A stretch of DNA of 63,863 nt, the filler included, from Octopus bimaculoides (Eukaryota), in assembly GCF_001194135.2 (NCBI RefSeq). It is 7 parts of 7 records of this genome, joined end to end, with 100 filler letters (N's around TTAATTAATTAA, not from the genome) between each part and the next. Parts side by side here need not be neighbours in the genome. Positions count along the whole stretch, not along the records: positions 38,749 to 49,625 come from NC_068994.1; positions 49,726 to 55,598 come from NC_068981.1; 5 more parts are not named here. The stretch is one strand, 5' to 3'. Positions 40,958 to 53,456 of this stretch are shown here, piece by piece. How positions within the stretch are numbered: the stretch's first letter is position 1; every line of letters begins with the position of its first letter. The position numbers and the translations under genes are program-made. The notes under the pieces are model-generated. The model had not been told where the DNA came from and ran no database searches. It was given only the letters and a program-made list of their open reading frames with translations.

Positions 40958-41820
40958 ACACAATTCACTATGGAACACAGCAGTAAACAACTCCCTTTTC
41001 TTGACATCCTGATTAAAATTTTCAATAACCACATAGAAACAGACATCTTCTATAAACCTACAGATTCTAAACAATACCTATTATTTAACTCATGCCACCC
41101 CAAACACATAAAAATTAATATACCTTATAATCTATCGAAAAGAATCTGTACCATAGTTTCGGACCCCGATACTCGTGAACGAAGACTCCTTGAACTCAGA
41201 TCAATATTAATCAAAAGACATTACCCAATATCTTTAATAAATAATGGAATCAACAGAGCTAAGGAAATAGACATACAGACATTAAGGGAAGTCAACCGAA
41301 ATACTAAACCAGACTTAAAGATACTCCCATACATCTCCACACATAACCCTAGGAACAACGAAGCCTTTAACGTTATCATCCAAAATCTTCCCATCCTCAC
41401 AAGAGATAAAACAATGAACAAAATTTTAGGCTCACACAAAATTATCAAAAGTAAAATGCAACCTAAATCACTGAAAAAATATTAACCAGCACAAGACTGT
41501 ATCCATTAACAACAGAACCAAAAGTAAAAAAATGTGGTCGACCTAATTGTGGAACTTGCCCCCACCTTTTGGAGGGTTCTGAGTTCCACTTTAAACAAGG
41601 GGAAATGTTTAAGATTAAATCAAATTTCACCCGTGCCTCGGAAAAGCTAATCTATGCCATTACATGCTTCGGGTGCAGTAATGACTATATTGGCCAAACA
41701 GGAATATCACTCCGTAGAAGAACTACTCTCCACAAAGAACAAATTCGCCACCCACATTACAGACAGATAAAGGTCAGTGGACACACAGAAAGGTGTGCGA
41801 GGAATCTTAATCCTAATTTC
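40958..41820 (+). mobile_element. Penelope-like element: RT C-terminus, Cys linker and GIY-YIG endonuclease (Neptune-like)
   Basis: LPFLDILI...IFYKPTDSKQYLLFNSCHPKH...IPYNLSKRI; CGRPNCGTCP; LIYAITCFGC..YIGQTG...RR..LH; frameshift near 41485. Confidence 0.9.
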
Positions 41821-42616
41821 NNNNNNNNNNNNNNNNNNNNNNNNNNNNNNNNNNNNNNNNNNNNNNNNNNNNNNNNNNNNNNNNNNNNNNNNNNNNNNNN
41901 NNNNNNNNNNNNNNNNNNNNTATATGTATGTATATATGTATGTATGTATGTATGTATGCATATATGTATGCATGTATATATATATGTGTATATATATGCA
42001 TATAGATATGTATATATATGTATACATATATATGTGTTTATATATATTTGAAGTTAAGCAACAAAAATTCAATAGGTTATAGCAGTACGTACGCTTCGTA
42101 CAAGCTCCATTTATTCATGTAGTGAGAACACTACAGAAAATACAATGAAAATGTACTCCTCAGCTGCATAATGGAATTTCATTTTAGAAAGTCATTTTGA
42201 AGATGTTAGCAAAAAAAACAGAGTTTAAACAGCAGCATAGTCGAGATATGTTTTCTTCTCTTACTCTGGTTTTTTGCAAACATCTTCAAAATGACTTTCT
42301 AAAATGAAAAAACATTATGCAGCTGAGGAGTACATTTTCATTGTATTTTCTGTAATGTTCTCACTACATGAATAAATGGAGCTTGTACGAAACGTACGTA
42401 CTGCTATAACCTATTGAATTCTTGTTGCTTAACTTCAAATTTATTCACCAAATCTCTTGATTTTGTTTTTGGTTTTTATCCTACCAATTTCTGGTACCAC
42501 GAACATTTTAAGTACCACATTTAATCTTTTGATTAAATCTATATTATTATTCTGTGTTTATATATATGTACATATATATATGTATATTTTTATATGTGTA
42601 CATGCTTACATATATA

Positions 42617-42651
<35 letters not shown>

Positions 42652-44274
42652 TCAAAAGAAGACAAAAAGCAATAACAAAAAACAATAACAAAAAACAACA
42701 ACGTGAGGACGTGATACGGATAGTGTTATTAGACGCTCGGGAAAGGAAAGAGAGAATAACACTATCCGTATCACGTCCTCACGTTGTTGTTTTTTGTTAT
42801 TGTTTTTTGTCTTTTTTTTTTAACTTATATATAAAGTATATAGTAGCTAAAAATATATAAGGACTTAGGGGTATATAAATTTAATGCTAAAAATTAAGCA
42901 TTATATATTATATATAGTCACGCTTAGAAGTATATTAAGTTCAATAGTGTTTAATGGAGATAGAATCAAATACTAAACCAATATGGTAATGAGTAAGTAA
43001 ATAAATAAGTAAAAATATACTTAGTATACGTACATATTTGTAATATAGGAGAAACTAACAACCCTAAAATTTATACTGAATTGGTCAAATGGAAAATGGA
43101 AACAAACAAGAATCCGTTGGTCAAAATTTTCGGATAACAGCGTTCAATGAAGTAAGCCTAATGGACGGAAATAGAACAATATAGTATGGAGGGAAGTGAC
43201 GAGAGAGTGGTGAAGAGGAAAATAATTTAGGTGAAAATTATAAAATAAGGAGGGAGTACATCAAATAAAGGTAATAAAATAATTGCTTTTTTTATGAGGT
43301 TGGCTTCGATACCGGAAATAAGAATTTAGTTATTTCCATATATTGAACAATACATATAAACCAAAACCACTTCTCCTTGTTAATAAGTTTATTAACCTCT
43401 TTATTTATTTAAATACATTAACAACAAACTATAGTTCAGTAGTAAATATGGCATTTTATCCCATAAACTATAACTTAATTATATTATTTTTCATTGACGA
43501 ACTTCCACTTTATATTATATAGATTTCCTTCTACGTTACTCTTCTCTTCCCCTCTTCCTTGTTATTTTTTTTCTCTCCAAACTAAATTCTTATTGCCGGT
43601 ATTGAAGCCAACCTCATAAAAAGCAATTATTAGTAAATTCTGACATATTGACACATTTTATCCCTTTATTCGAAAATTTTGATTTACTCCCTCCTTATTT
43701 TATAATTTTCACCTGAATTATTTTCCTCTTCACCACTCTCTCGTCACTTCCCTCCATATTAGATTGTTCTATTTCCGTTACCTAGCCTTACTTCATAGAA
43801 CGCTGTTATTTGAAAATTTTGACTAATGGATTTTTCTTTACATTTTCATTTTTCATTCGATCAATTCAATATACATTTTAGAGGTGTTAGTTTTTCATAT
43901 ATTACAAATATTACGTCAGTATTTACATCGTGATTTTAGGCCAATTCACTGACCTGTTACTCTGGAGTTTCCACGGTTTCTATCACTTTTTCAAATAGGT
44001 CAAACTGACCTAATAGCTGAAGCTCATCTTTCAGATGACGGAAGTAGTGCAGAATATAATGCAAATACATTGTGCGGAAAATAATGATGCGGATAAAGAT
44101 AGAACTCATGTGAATTGCTGAACAAATATACAAATACGATTGATTTGTCTTAAAGCATGCACACACAGGCACTGAAACATTCACTATCACACACACACAG
44201 GATTTCGAACATTCATGCTCAACCCCAACATAGACTTATTGGCGTGTACACATGTAAAAGCAGATACAGACATG

Positions 44275-44338
<64 letters not shown>

Positions 44339-45140
44339 ACCTTGTTTACAACCCATAAAAATACCTGCATAAGAGAAGTACACATACATATAGGCACAAA
44401 GGAAGAAGGTAATGTACGGTCTTGTACGGTTTTGTCGCTCTGCGCGCATCTCGGACAGTCCTGCTTTGGTAATCATCTTTGTCAGTAGAGTTTATCTCGA
44501 ACTCGATTCCAAGAACTTGTCTTCATCGCTCTTACCCACTCCTGTTTCTATATCCATTGCTAAATTATATGTAGCTAAATTGGTACTTCCATCAACAACA
44601 CTGCCCGAGTTGTAGTGGACGATAAGCATGTGACGAGATTACAGATGCAAGGTTTCCAATGTTCGTCTGTTAGTCTTCTTTCGACCCAGGATTGCACATC
44701 CGTCGAAGAGATAAGCTGCAGAAAAGCGTGTCTGTCAAATGGAGACTACACCTACAGTCCAGGAAAATGTGTAGGTGGTACTATTCGTGTCCGCGCGTCA
44801 GGGGCCAGAACATGCCATTTTCGTCGAAAATACACATTCACATACCCACAGAGACACACATACTCACGTACATGCATTTAATATGTCTGTGTGCATGTGA
44901 GAGTGTATTTGTGTGTGTCTGTATATTTCGACAAAACCGGAAAAACGTACATCCTAATACAGTCCCTGCGTTACATTTGTTCCACTGAGTTGTATAATCC
45001 CTTGTCAGCTTTCATAAATGCAATGAAGCATTGATTGACCTATCACTAACGAATATATTGAATAATTCCAAAATAAACTAATAAATACATAACTTAATTT
45101 TGCTAAACTAAGATTTAAAAGCTATGTAAAGTGTATTTAC

Positions 45141-45226
45141 CTGTAGAGATCAGAAGCTGATACGTTTAATTCTAGCGGCACGATATCGCCAAACACTTTT
45201 TTATCTGGAAATGCCGCATCCATTAA
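45141..45226 (-). CDS. PROM1-like: Prominin-like gene, next exon
   Basis: aatttctctttccag acceptor and TAC AG|gtaaat donor; 86 bp, phase 0 to 2, in phase with the preceding exon. Encodes LMDAAFPDKKVFGDIVPLELNVSASDLY(R/S), ending like the prominin LTFEQVY(S)| exon end as I recall it. Confidence 0.7.
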
Positions 45227-45504
45227 CTGGAAAGAGAAATTAAAGTACTTTAACATTATAATGAAAGTTTTGTGAAAATGATCGAAATATAATCTATTAG
45301 TGAAAGGAAGAAAATGATTAGTAAATAAATAAATCATAGATCACATCTCGTTGCATTCAATATGTTAACTATAATTGAACTATTATGTCGTCATACGAAA
45401 AGTATCAAGAGTAATTTGTTCACGGAATATTTCTATTCTTTTAAGCCGAAAATGTACATTATTACTCAGTGAGTTTCTTATGCTTATAAGGAAGTTGCTT
45501 CACT

Positions 45505-45837
45505 TCATTCTAGGAATATTCTTTTCTACTCGAGGCACAAGGCCCGAAATTTTGGGTAAGGGGGCCCGTCGATTAGATCGACCCAGTGTGCAACTGGTAC
45601 TTAATTTATCGACCCCGAAAAGATGAAAGGCAAAGTCGACCTCGGCGAAATTTGAACTCAGAACACAAAGACAGACGAAATATCGCTATGCCTTTTGCCC
45701 GCCGTGCTAACGTCTCTGCCAACTCACCGCTTTCTCATTCTAGGCATATTCTTTTCTACTCGAGGCACAAGGCCCGAAATTTTGGGTAAGGGGGCCCGTC
45801 GATTAGATCGACCCAGTGTGCAACTGGTACTTAATTT
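45505..45837 (-). mobile_element. SINE family A, one full copy plus a tandem partial duplicate
   Basis: 230-bp unit from 45505; the repeat restarts at 45735 and runs 103 bp with one mismatch into the gap. Confidence 0.9.
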
Positions 45838-46289
45838 NNNNNNNNNNNNNNNNNNNNNNNNNNNNNNNNNNNNNNNNNNNNNNNNNNNNNNNNNNNNNNN
45901 NNNNNNNNNNNNNNNNNNNNNNNNNNNNNNNNNNNNNNNNNNNNNNNNNNNNNNNNNNNNNNNNNNNNNNNNNNNNNNNNNNNNNNNNNNNNNNNNNNNN
46001 NNNNNNNNNNNNNNNNNNNNNNNNNNNNNNNNNNNNNNNNNNNNNNNNNNNNNNNNNNNNNNNNNNNNNNNNNNNNNNNNNNNNNNNNNNNNNNNNNNNN
46101 NNNNNNNNNNNNNNNNNNNNNNNNNNNNNNNNNNNNNNNNNNNNNNNNNNNNNNNNNNNNNNNNNNNNNNNNNNNNNNNNNNNNNNNNNNNNNNNNNNNN
46201 NNNNNNNNNNNNNNNNNNNNNNNNNNNNNNNNNNNNNNCCCATATTCGCCGAAAGATGCAAAAAAATTTCAGACAACAGCAAATATTTC

Positions 46290-47348
46290 GAATCTTTTCC
46301 CTTTGAACGGCACATCGAGAAATTAATTTTTTGTAACTAAACACTTTCAAACTTTGGACTTTGGTAGAATGTGTCATATAAAACATTTTTTAGTGATGTT
46401 GAGAAAAGTTTATATTTTCAAAGTTATTTCGTGTTAAAGTTGTCGTATTTCGGTAATTTCAACCAATCAATGACGTGTATTCAGCTGAATAAAATTACTG
46501 CTTTTGTTTGTCAACAACAACTATCGGCGGTGTATATTTCGTTTGTCACTGTTATTTATGACATCGTTCGTGTGTTTGTACTGGTTTTAGCTTTAAGGTT
46601 TTAGGGTCAGAGTTAGGGTTAGAGTTTTAGAGTTAGGGTTAGGGTTTTAAGGTTAGGGATAGGGTTTTAAAGTTAGGGTTAGGGTTCGAGTTTTAGAGTT
46701 AAGGTTAGGGTTAGAATTTTAGGGTTAGGTTAGGTTTAAGTTTTTAGGGTTAGGGTTAGGGTTTTAAAGTTAGGGTTAGAGTTAGGGTTTTAAAGTTAGG
46801 GTTAGGGTTTTAGGATTAGGGTTAGGGTTTAGAGTTAGGGTTAAGGGTTAGGGTTAGGGTTGGAGTTTTAGGGTTAAGGTTAGGGTTGGAATTTTAGGGT
46901 TAGATTTACAGAAAAATATGAAAAAGGAAGAAAATGGAGGCGGTGGGGGAGGAAGCAAAAATGTCTTTCCGAAAATAGTAGCTGAAAAACAGGAAAAAAA
47001 AACTAAAAGCAGTAGAAATGCACGAACGATTGTGGTGGTGCCATGAAGTAAACATGCTTCAGATACACTCGTTTATTCATACAAACGTAACTGAGATGAA
47101 ATATGTCATAAATAACAGTAACAAACGAAATATACACCGCCGGAAATTGTTATTGACAAACAACAGCAGTAATTTTATCCGAAATACGACAACTTTAACA
47201 CGAAATAACTTTGAAAATACAAACTTTTCTCAACAGCACTAAGAGTAAAAGATGTTTTATATGACACATTTTACCAGTATCCGAAGTTTGAAAGTGTTTA
47301 GTTACAAAAAATTAATTTCTCAATGTGCTGTTCAAAAGGTAAAGATCC
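46290..47348. mobile_element. Fold-back MITE with long TIRs and internal degenerate (TTAGGG)n
   Basis: Left end gaatcttttccctttgaacgg pairs with right end ctgttcaaaaggtaaagatcc; about 250-280 bp of subterminal inverted similarity; telomere-like tract at about 46590-46905. Confidence 0.85.
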
Positions 47349-48384
47349 AATATTGCTTTTTGTTCCTCACTATATATTTCATGCTACCTACATTAAACAA
47401 TTTAGCACTAACTCAACTTAGGTAATCTTGTTGGTATCAATTTATCTTTAACTATTGATCGAAATGCAAACGATCAAAAGGTGATTGAATCAACATGATA
47501 TTTATTTATAAGCAAATATTTAAAATACAGAAAATAAGTTAAAAAGAAAGGTTATTTTGTCACATTAAAAAAAAAAACATTCCAAAAGTGAATAAGACAT
47601 TGATAGATATATAAATAATAGTGGATTTTACATTAAAAAAAGAACATGTTAATATTTGCTATAATTCGCTTAGTTATTTATTTGAACAGTTGTTACTTCG
47701 ATCAACTGTATTTCGGTGAACATTCTCTGCGGTCTCACATTATTTGATCAATAGTAAGTAGAAGGGTTTGTGAGAGACTTCGATGTGTTCAATTGCCATG
47801 TAAAGGAGAAAATTCAGCACTTTTTATCCTTGAGAGTGTGGAAGATATAGAAGGTGGTTGTTATACGCTGCTATATTCGAACTAGCATCCGCATCTTTGT
47901 TTTATAGTCAAGTGCGTATTGTATTCGGTTCGCTTGTAAGTTATGAGTTTAATCACTAAATCCGTGATACAATTTATACTCTAGTAAAAGACTAATTAAT
48001 AGAATATCCCTAATATGACAAACGAATGAAAAAAATCTACCACGATGGGTTTAATAAAGAGTTTCGAATTTCCAAAAGGCATCTGAAAAGGGTCAGAGGA
48101 CACAATATAGCAGCAAAGACACTAAGGATAAATTTAGCTTGTGATACTTATTAAGCTTATTATTTAAACTTTTTTTACTGAACCAATATATTTATAATGC
48201 ATTTCATTTAGCACTATATAAATTTCAAGAATTAAGGAGTCAAATAATAAATGAGCAGAAAGTAAAATACTATGAAAGCGATGAGAAAACATGTGTAAAA
48301 ATATAGCAAATTATATTTAACGAAAAGAATTGAAACTGTGTGGCGGTAAAGATACGTATAGTAATATTTCTCTAAAAAACCTAC

Positions 48385-48514
48385 CTTTTCTAAATTTGTG
48401 TCAATATTTCGTATCAAACCGCAGCCGTATCGTTCGAGTACGGAACCCGGTATGTAGGTGATAGTTGTCAATACCATAAATAACCAACCAAAGAAAAACA
48501 TAAAACCAACTGAC
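48385..48514 (-). CDS. PROM1-like: Prominin-like gene, internal exon (TM4 plus start of second extracellular loop)
   Basis: tttttttttag acceptor and AAG|gtaggt donor; 130 bp, phase 2 to 0. Encodes SVGFMFFFGWLFMVLTTITYIPGSVLERYGCGLIRNIDTNLEK, which resembles the prominin-1 segment [33 protein letters not shown] as I recall it (TM helix, G..(V/L)E(K/R)..C). Confidence 0.8.
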
Positions 48515-49189
48515 CTAAAAAAAAAATTACATCGTATTACGTAACTGAAACATCTGTATCATAAAATAATAAAGATAGTTTTAGCTGCATATATGAAGCA
48601 GAATTACTAATAACAAGAAATTTACGAAGGTGGTGAAAGCGGGCTAACACTATTGAGACAGTGTATACAAAATGAATACTATGGCAAATAGGTTAAAGTC
48701 TATGCTTTGCTGTGGAGGTCTTAAAATATTAAAATACACGTAGATTTTTCTCCCCGCACTAGCCGAAATGATTAATATATTTGTCATTGAATGTATTTTG
48801 TTTAGATACATACCTTCTTATTAAACTATTTTGAAATAGTAAGTGCTATTTATTTATTTTATTCATTTATATAAATGATTCCTTCATAATTATTTTACAA
48901 TTTGCCGTATATATGTTTTTACTTATTTACGTATAAAAATATAATTTCTAAATTTTGTGGTTTCTATAATTGTGTTCTTATACAAATTTTATATAGCCTA
49001 TCATCACATTTTGCTCTTTCTTCGTAATTCCTGTATACGGTAGTGGTTATGTTACCTATCCACTGTTAGCTAGTATCAGATTTACTACAAGTAATACTCG
49101 TTTAAACAAATTACTCTAAAGTTGATATATTTTTCATTAAAACGTACGTTACGATATAATGCTTCATTAGTAAGGTCAAGCTATCTAGC

Positions 49190-49420
49190 ATACATTCTTT
49201 GAATTTTTAAATTACAAACTCATCAAAAATAAACTCCTCAACATACGTTCTTCTATGAAAATCATACCCACAACCACAGAGAAATAACCCCCATGACATA
49301 AAGTGGAAAATACTCTTCTTAGCAAAAGCCTATTTCGGCAACAAAACACCTATTCAATTATCACCACCGAATCTCTCGAAATCTAAGCTTCCTATTCATA
49401 ATATTTCATGCAAACATGTT
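49190..49420 (+). mobile_element. Highly decayed Penelope GIY-YIG fragment
   Basis: NNPHDIKWKILFLAKAYFGNKT and LLNIRS motifs. Confidence 0.35.
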
Positions 49421-50134
49421 TATACAAAACTTATATATTATTTAGACACATCAATTTCATGAGCATTCTAACTAAAAAAAACAAAACTTCAATCAATATT
49501 AGTGGACTGAAAATTTACGAGTGTACATGAATTGAATAAGGATAGCATGTGTATACATGTATACTTTTACGTATAGATAAACGTGTGTATATACATATAT
49601 ATCTACATTCACACACACACACACANNNNNNNNNNNNNNNNNNNNNNNNNNNNNNNNNNNNNNNNNNNNTTAATTAATTAANNNNNNNNNNNNNNNNNNN
49701 NNNNNNNNNNNNNNNNNNNNNNNNNCGTAACACGTCACTAGAAATAACTAATTAGGAAGTATCGAAAAATAGTTATAGCTATATAATTTAAAATTAATTG
49801 AAGCTTAATTACGTCAAAGATGATCGAACTGCAGACAAATTTGTGAGACGACAGTAAATTCTTTAAATGTGAAATTAGTATCAAGTTTTAACTACTAGCG
49901 GTACTAAAACTTAATATGCCGCTAATATGTTTTCTATAAATTATACTTAACAGTTCTAAGAAATTATCATAGTCTTTCTCTATCATCATCTGCACACATA
50001 CACACATGCGCGCGCAGGCTCACACACATACATATAGATAGATACATACATAGATAGGTAAGTATATATATAAACATATGCACACACTGTCACACATTCA
50101 CCTCCGTATATATATATAATCTTTCACCTGCTTA

Positions 50135-50597
50135 AGTCAGAAGACAGCGGCCACGCTGGAGTACCACCTGCAAGGGTTTAGGCGAACAAATGTAAACACT
50201 GGATATTTCCTATAAGTTGTATGTAAACTGCAGCCATTATTGGTGGATATTAAATGTCACTTCCAATATAATATTAGCATACTTTGTTATATACATATTC
50301 CTATAGATCTTTTTGAAAAATATCATACTTATTTTATCTGTCTCGTTCTGCCGCGAAGTTACGTGAACATAAACAAACTAACACCGGTCTTCTAGTGGTG
50401 GCGAACAAGCACAAGCACACACAGACATATATGTATATGCGTACCACGGGCTTTCATTGTCCGCCTGCCAAATCATTCACATGGCTTTGGTAGGCCCCAT
50501 CTACATCAAAACTCAATCGCACAAATATGCCATTCAGTGGGATTGGACCGAGAACCCTGTGATTGGGAATAGAGCTTCTTACCACACAGCCACACTG
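50135..50597 (-). mobile_element. SINE family B
   Basis: gcggccacgctggagtaccacc ... cttcttaccacacagccac. Confidence 0.75.
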
Positions 50598-50649
50598 ATA
50601 GACTTATAACAAACATATACATATATATGTTGCTATGTATGTATGTATG

Positions 50650-50689
<40 letters not shown>

Positions 50690-51371
50690 TGGTGAAGATG
50701 CACATCTGGGGTGCTGGCATATATAAACCCCAAGGTTAATGAAGTCTAGTGTAGTATTGGTGAGTATTTGAAACACCACACAACGTTCAGAGACCCACAT
50801 AGGCAATGATATGCCTCTGCACGGATGAGATCAGGCGTGCTCAGGATTTCTTGAAGAGATGAAGCAGTTTCTCTCAAATACAAACTGTATCTCTTTTTGA
50901 TACATTAGTTTATACAAAGTGAAGTGCAGTCGAATCTGACCGTTTTCAGAAAAAAAAAATCCGTAATATCATCATTATACACGCGTGCAGATATCATCAA
51001 CACAGAACATATGGATTTTACCAGAACACAGATGATGTCGCTGATATATTGAAGCATACATTGCAGCAATATAGGTCAAACATATATATTTAATTCTGTT
51101 ATAAACCAGGTACATGCAAGATCACTTAATTTAGTATCGATTTAACATGTATGTAGTCAATAATCACATTATAGAGAAATAAACATTACTACAATTTTAC
51201 CATACTTTCAAAATCGCTTATTATACAGCCGAGGTTTTACTGAGTGTCTTTGAAAACTATGAGATATAGTGATATTACTTGGAAATTATTTTCCTTCTTA
51301 ATGGATTGTTTTCTGAAGTGGGATGCTACTAATAATTTCCGAAGATAACATACAGAATTGTGTGTAAAACG

Positions 51372-51592
51372 TCGAGGAGCTAGCAGATTCGTTGTTACGC
51401 TGGGCAAGATGTTTAGCGGCACTTCGTATATCCTTACGTTCTGATTTCAAATTCTGCCGGGGTTGAATGTACATTTTTTTTGTCATCCGGGGGCCAAAGA
51501 GATAAATGCCAGTAGAGCACTGAGGTGAAGAGGTCGACTTAATCCTACCTTCGAAAATGCTGGCCTTGTGCCAAAGGTTGAAGCCAGTATCT
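51372..51592 (+). mobile_element. SINE family A, diverged
   Basis: gagctagcagattcgtt...ttcaaattctgccg...ggccttgtgccaaa. Confidence 0.75.
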
Positions 51593-51810
51593 ACAAATCT
51601 GTTTTTTTTTTCATTCCTGACAAATAAGTAAGAAACTACGTTCAAATCGCCCCCAGTGATTATTCTTTCTAAGTCTACCACTTATTCTATCGGTTACGTT
51701 TGACGAAGTGAAACGTTACGGGGACGGAAACACACTAACATCAGTTGTCAAGCGATGGTGGATGGGAGGACAAACACAGACACAAAGACTCACACATAAA
51801 CATACATATG

Positions 51811-51848
<38 letters not shown>

Positions 51849-51982
51849 CATACATATACATATATATACATATATATATATATATATCTATACACACATA
51901 CATANNNNNNNNNNNNNNNNNNNNNNNNNNNNNNNNNNNNNNNNNNNNNNNNNNNNNNNNNNNNNNNNNNNNNNNNNNNNNN

Positions 51983-52072
<90 letters not shown>

Positions 52073-52074
52073 CA

Positions 52075-52410
52075 ACATAGTTTAGTAAAAGGATATGCAT
52101 AGAAGGTACACAAAATGAATTGAAACGAAGACTAGCCGCACGCCAACACTCTTTCAAAAATACAAATAAGAATAACTCGACTGGATTAAGTAAATATATT
52201 TGGGAACTTATTGAGAAAGATACTAGATTCGATTTACAAAGGAAAATCCTCAACTCCCCAACTTCGTACAATGTAAAAAACAAGAGATGCCATCTTTACT
52301 TCAAGGAAAAGTTTTTCATAATAGCGGCACAACAACCATTACTTAACTTGAGGGAATAGAGAAGCTAGCCTGCCTGCACAAGTGTAAGTTTACCTTCGCT
52401 AAATATAAAT
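52075..52410 (+). mobile_element. Penelope-like GIY-YIG C-terminal relic
   Basis: KRRLAARQHSFKNTNKNNSTGLSKYIWELIE...SYNVKNKRCHL..KEKF....LLN..E....C.HK. Confidence 0.8.
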
Positions 52411-53361
52411 AGCATTAGCGACCCTTACACCATCTCCAAAAATAACACCCAGAGCCCTGCACCGCAGAAATAATAGTTCTCGATATTAAATGAGGACATG
52501 TATAAACTCTTAAATTAAGCATGATTAATCGCATTACACACCTGGATCCCTTATGGGTGTTCAAATACTAATATCCCTATCCTTTTACCAACATACCCGA
52601 GTTTAAATCCCACCCCACCCATAACAACTAAATACATAATATATATATATTTATTAAACCATTTCTCCTTGACGTAGCCTACTGATCCCGTTTGATAAAC
52701 CAGTTCCTTCAATCATAAACCTAATTTGGAATAGAGGGCATCAGTATTTAACCCCCAATGATTACTACTCCCCTAAGGGAGCCCGTACACGCCATCTCAG
52801 GTAAGGCTCTACTGGCAACTAATTTTACTTAACTGAAACTATTATATATATATATATATATACATATAAAGTTCACTAAAGTAAAATTAGTTGCCAGTAT
52901 AGCCTAGTGGTCATGCCTTATACACGTGTATATCTATAAATATATATATATANNNNNNNNNNNNNNNNNNNNNNNNNNNNNNNNNNNNNNNNNNNNNNNN
53001 NNNNNNNNNNNNNNNNNNNNNNNNNNNNNNNNNNNNNNNNNNNNNNNNNNNNNNNNNNNNNNNNNNNNNNNNNNNNNNNNNNNNNNNNNNNNNNNNNNNN
53101 NNNNNNNNNNNNNNNNNNNNNNNNNNNNNNNNNNNNNNNNNNNNNNNNNNNNNNNNNNNNNNNNNNNNNNNNNNNNNNNNNNNNNNNNNNNNNNNNNNNN
53201 NNNNNNNNNNNNNNNNNNNNNNNNNNNNNNNNNNNNNNNNNNNNNNNNNNNNNNNNNNNNNNNNNNNNNNNNNNNNNNNNNNNNNNNNNNNNNNNNNNNN
53301 NNNNNNNNNNNNNNNNNNNNNNNNNNNNNNNNNNNNNNNNNNNNNNNNNNNNNNNNNNNNN

Positions 53362-53456
53362 GCAAAAGACGAAGACAAATGTATAAACAACACACAGGTG
53401 TATTAGTTTAACGCTCGGGAAAGTGAGAAAGTCTTTTTACGTTTCGAGCCAACGCT
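53362..53456 (-). mobile_element. Third copy of the Penelope terminus, truncated by a SINE
   Basis: gtattagtttaacgctcgggaaagtgagaaagtctttttacgtttcgagc matches 19357-19403. Confidence 0.6.

Noticed and set aside
44950-45040. KADKGLYNSV peptide as the exon after LY(R/S)
   Set aside because: Acceptor phase is incompatible (0 versus the required 2) and an in-frame stop follows.
49220-49330. Minus-strand GLFLCGCGYD resembling prominin TM3 (GLLCGVCGYD) just upstream of the TM4 exon
   Set aside because: Poor acceptor, the expected GG..LM segment is missing, and the plus strand reads as a Penelope GIY-YIG relic (HDIKWKIL); probably chance, though easy to test with RNA-seq.
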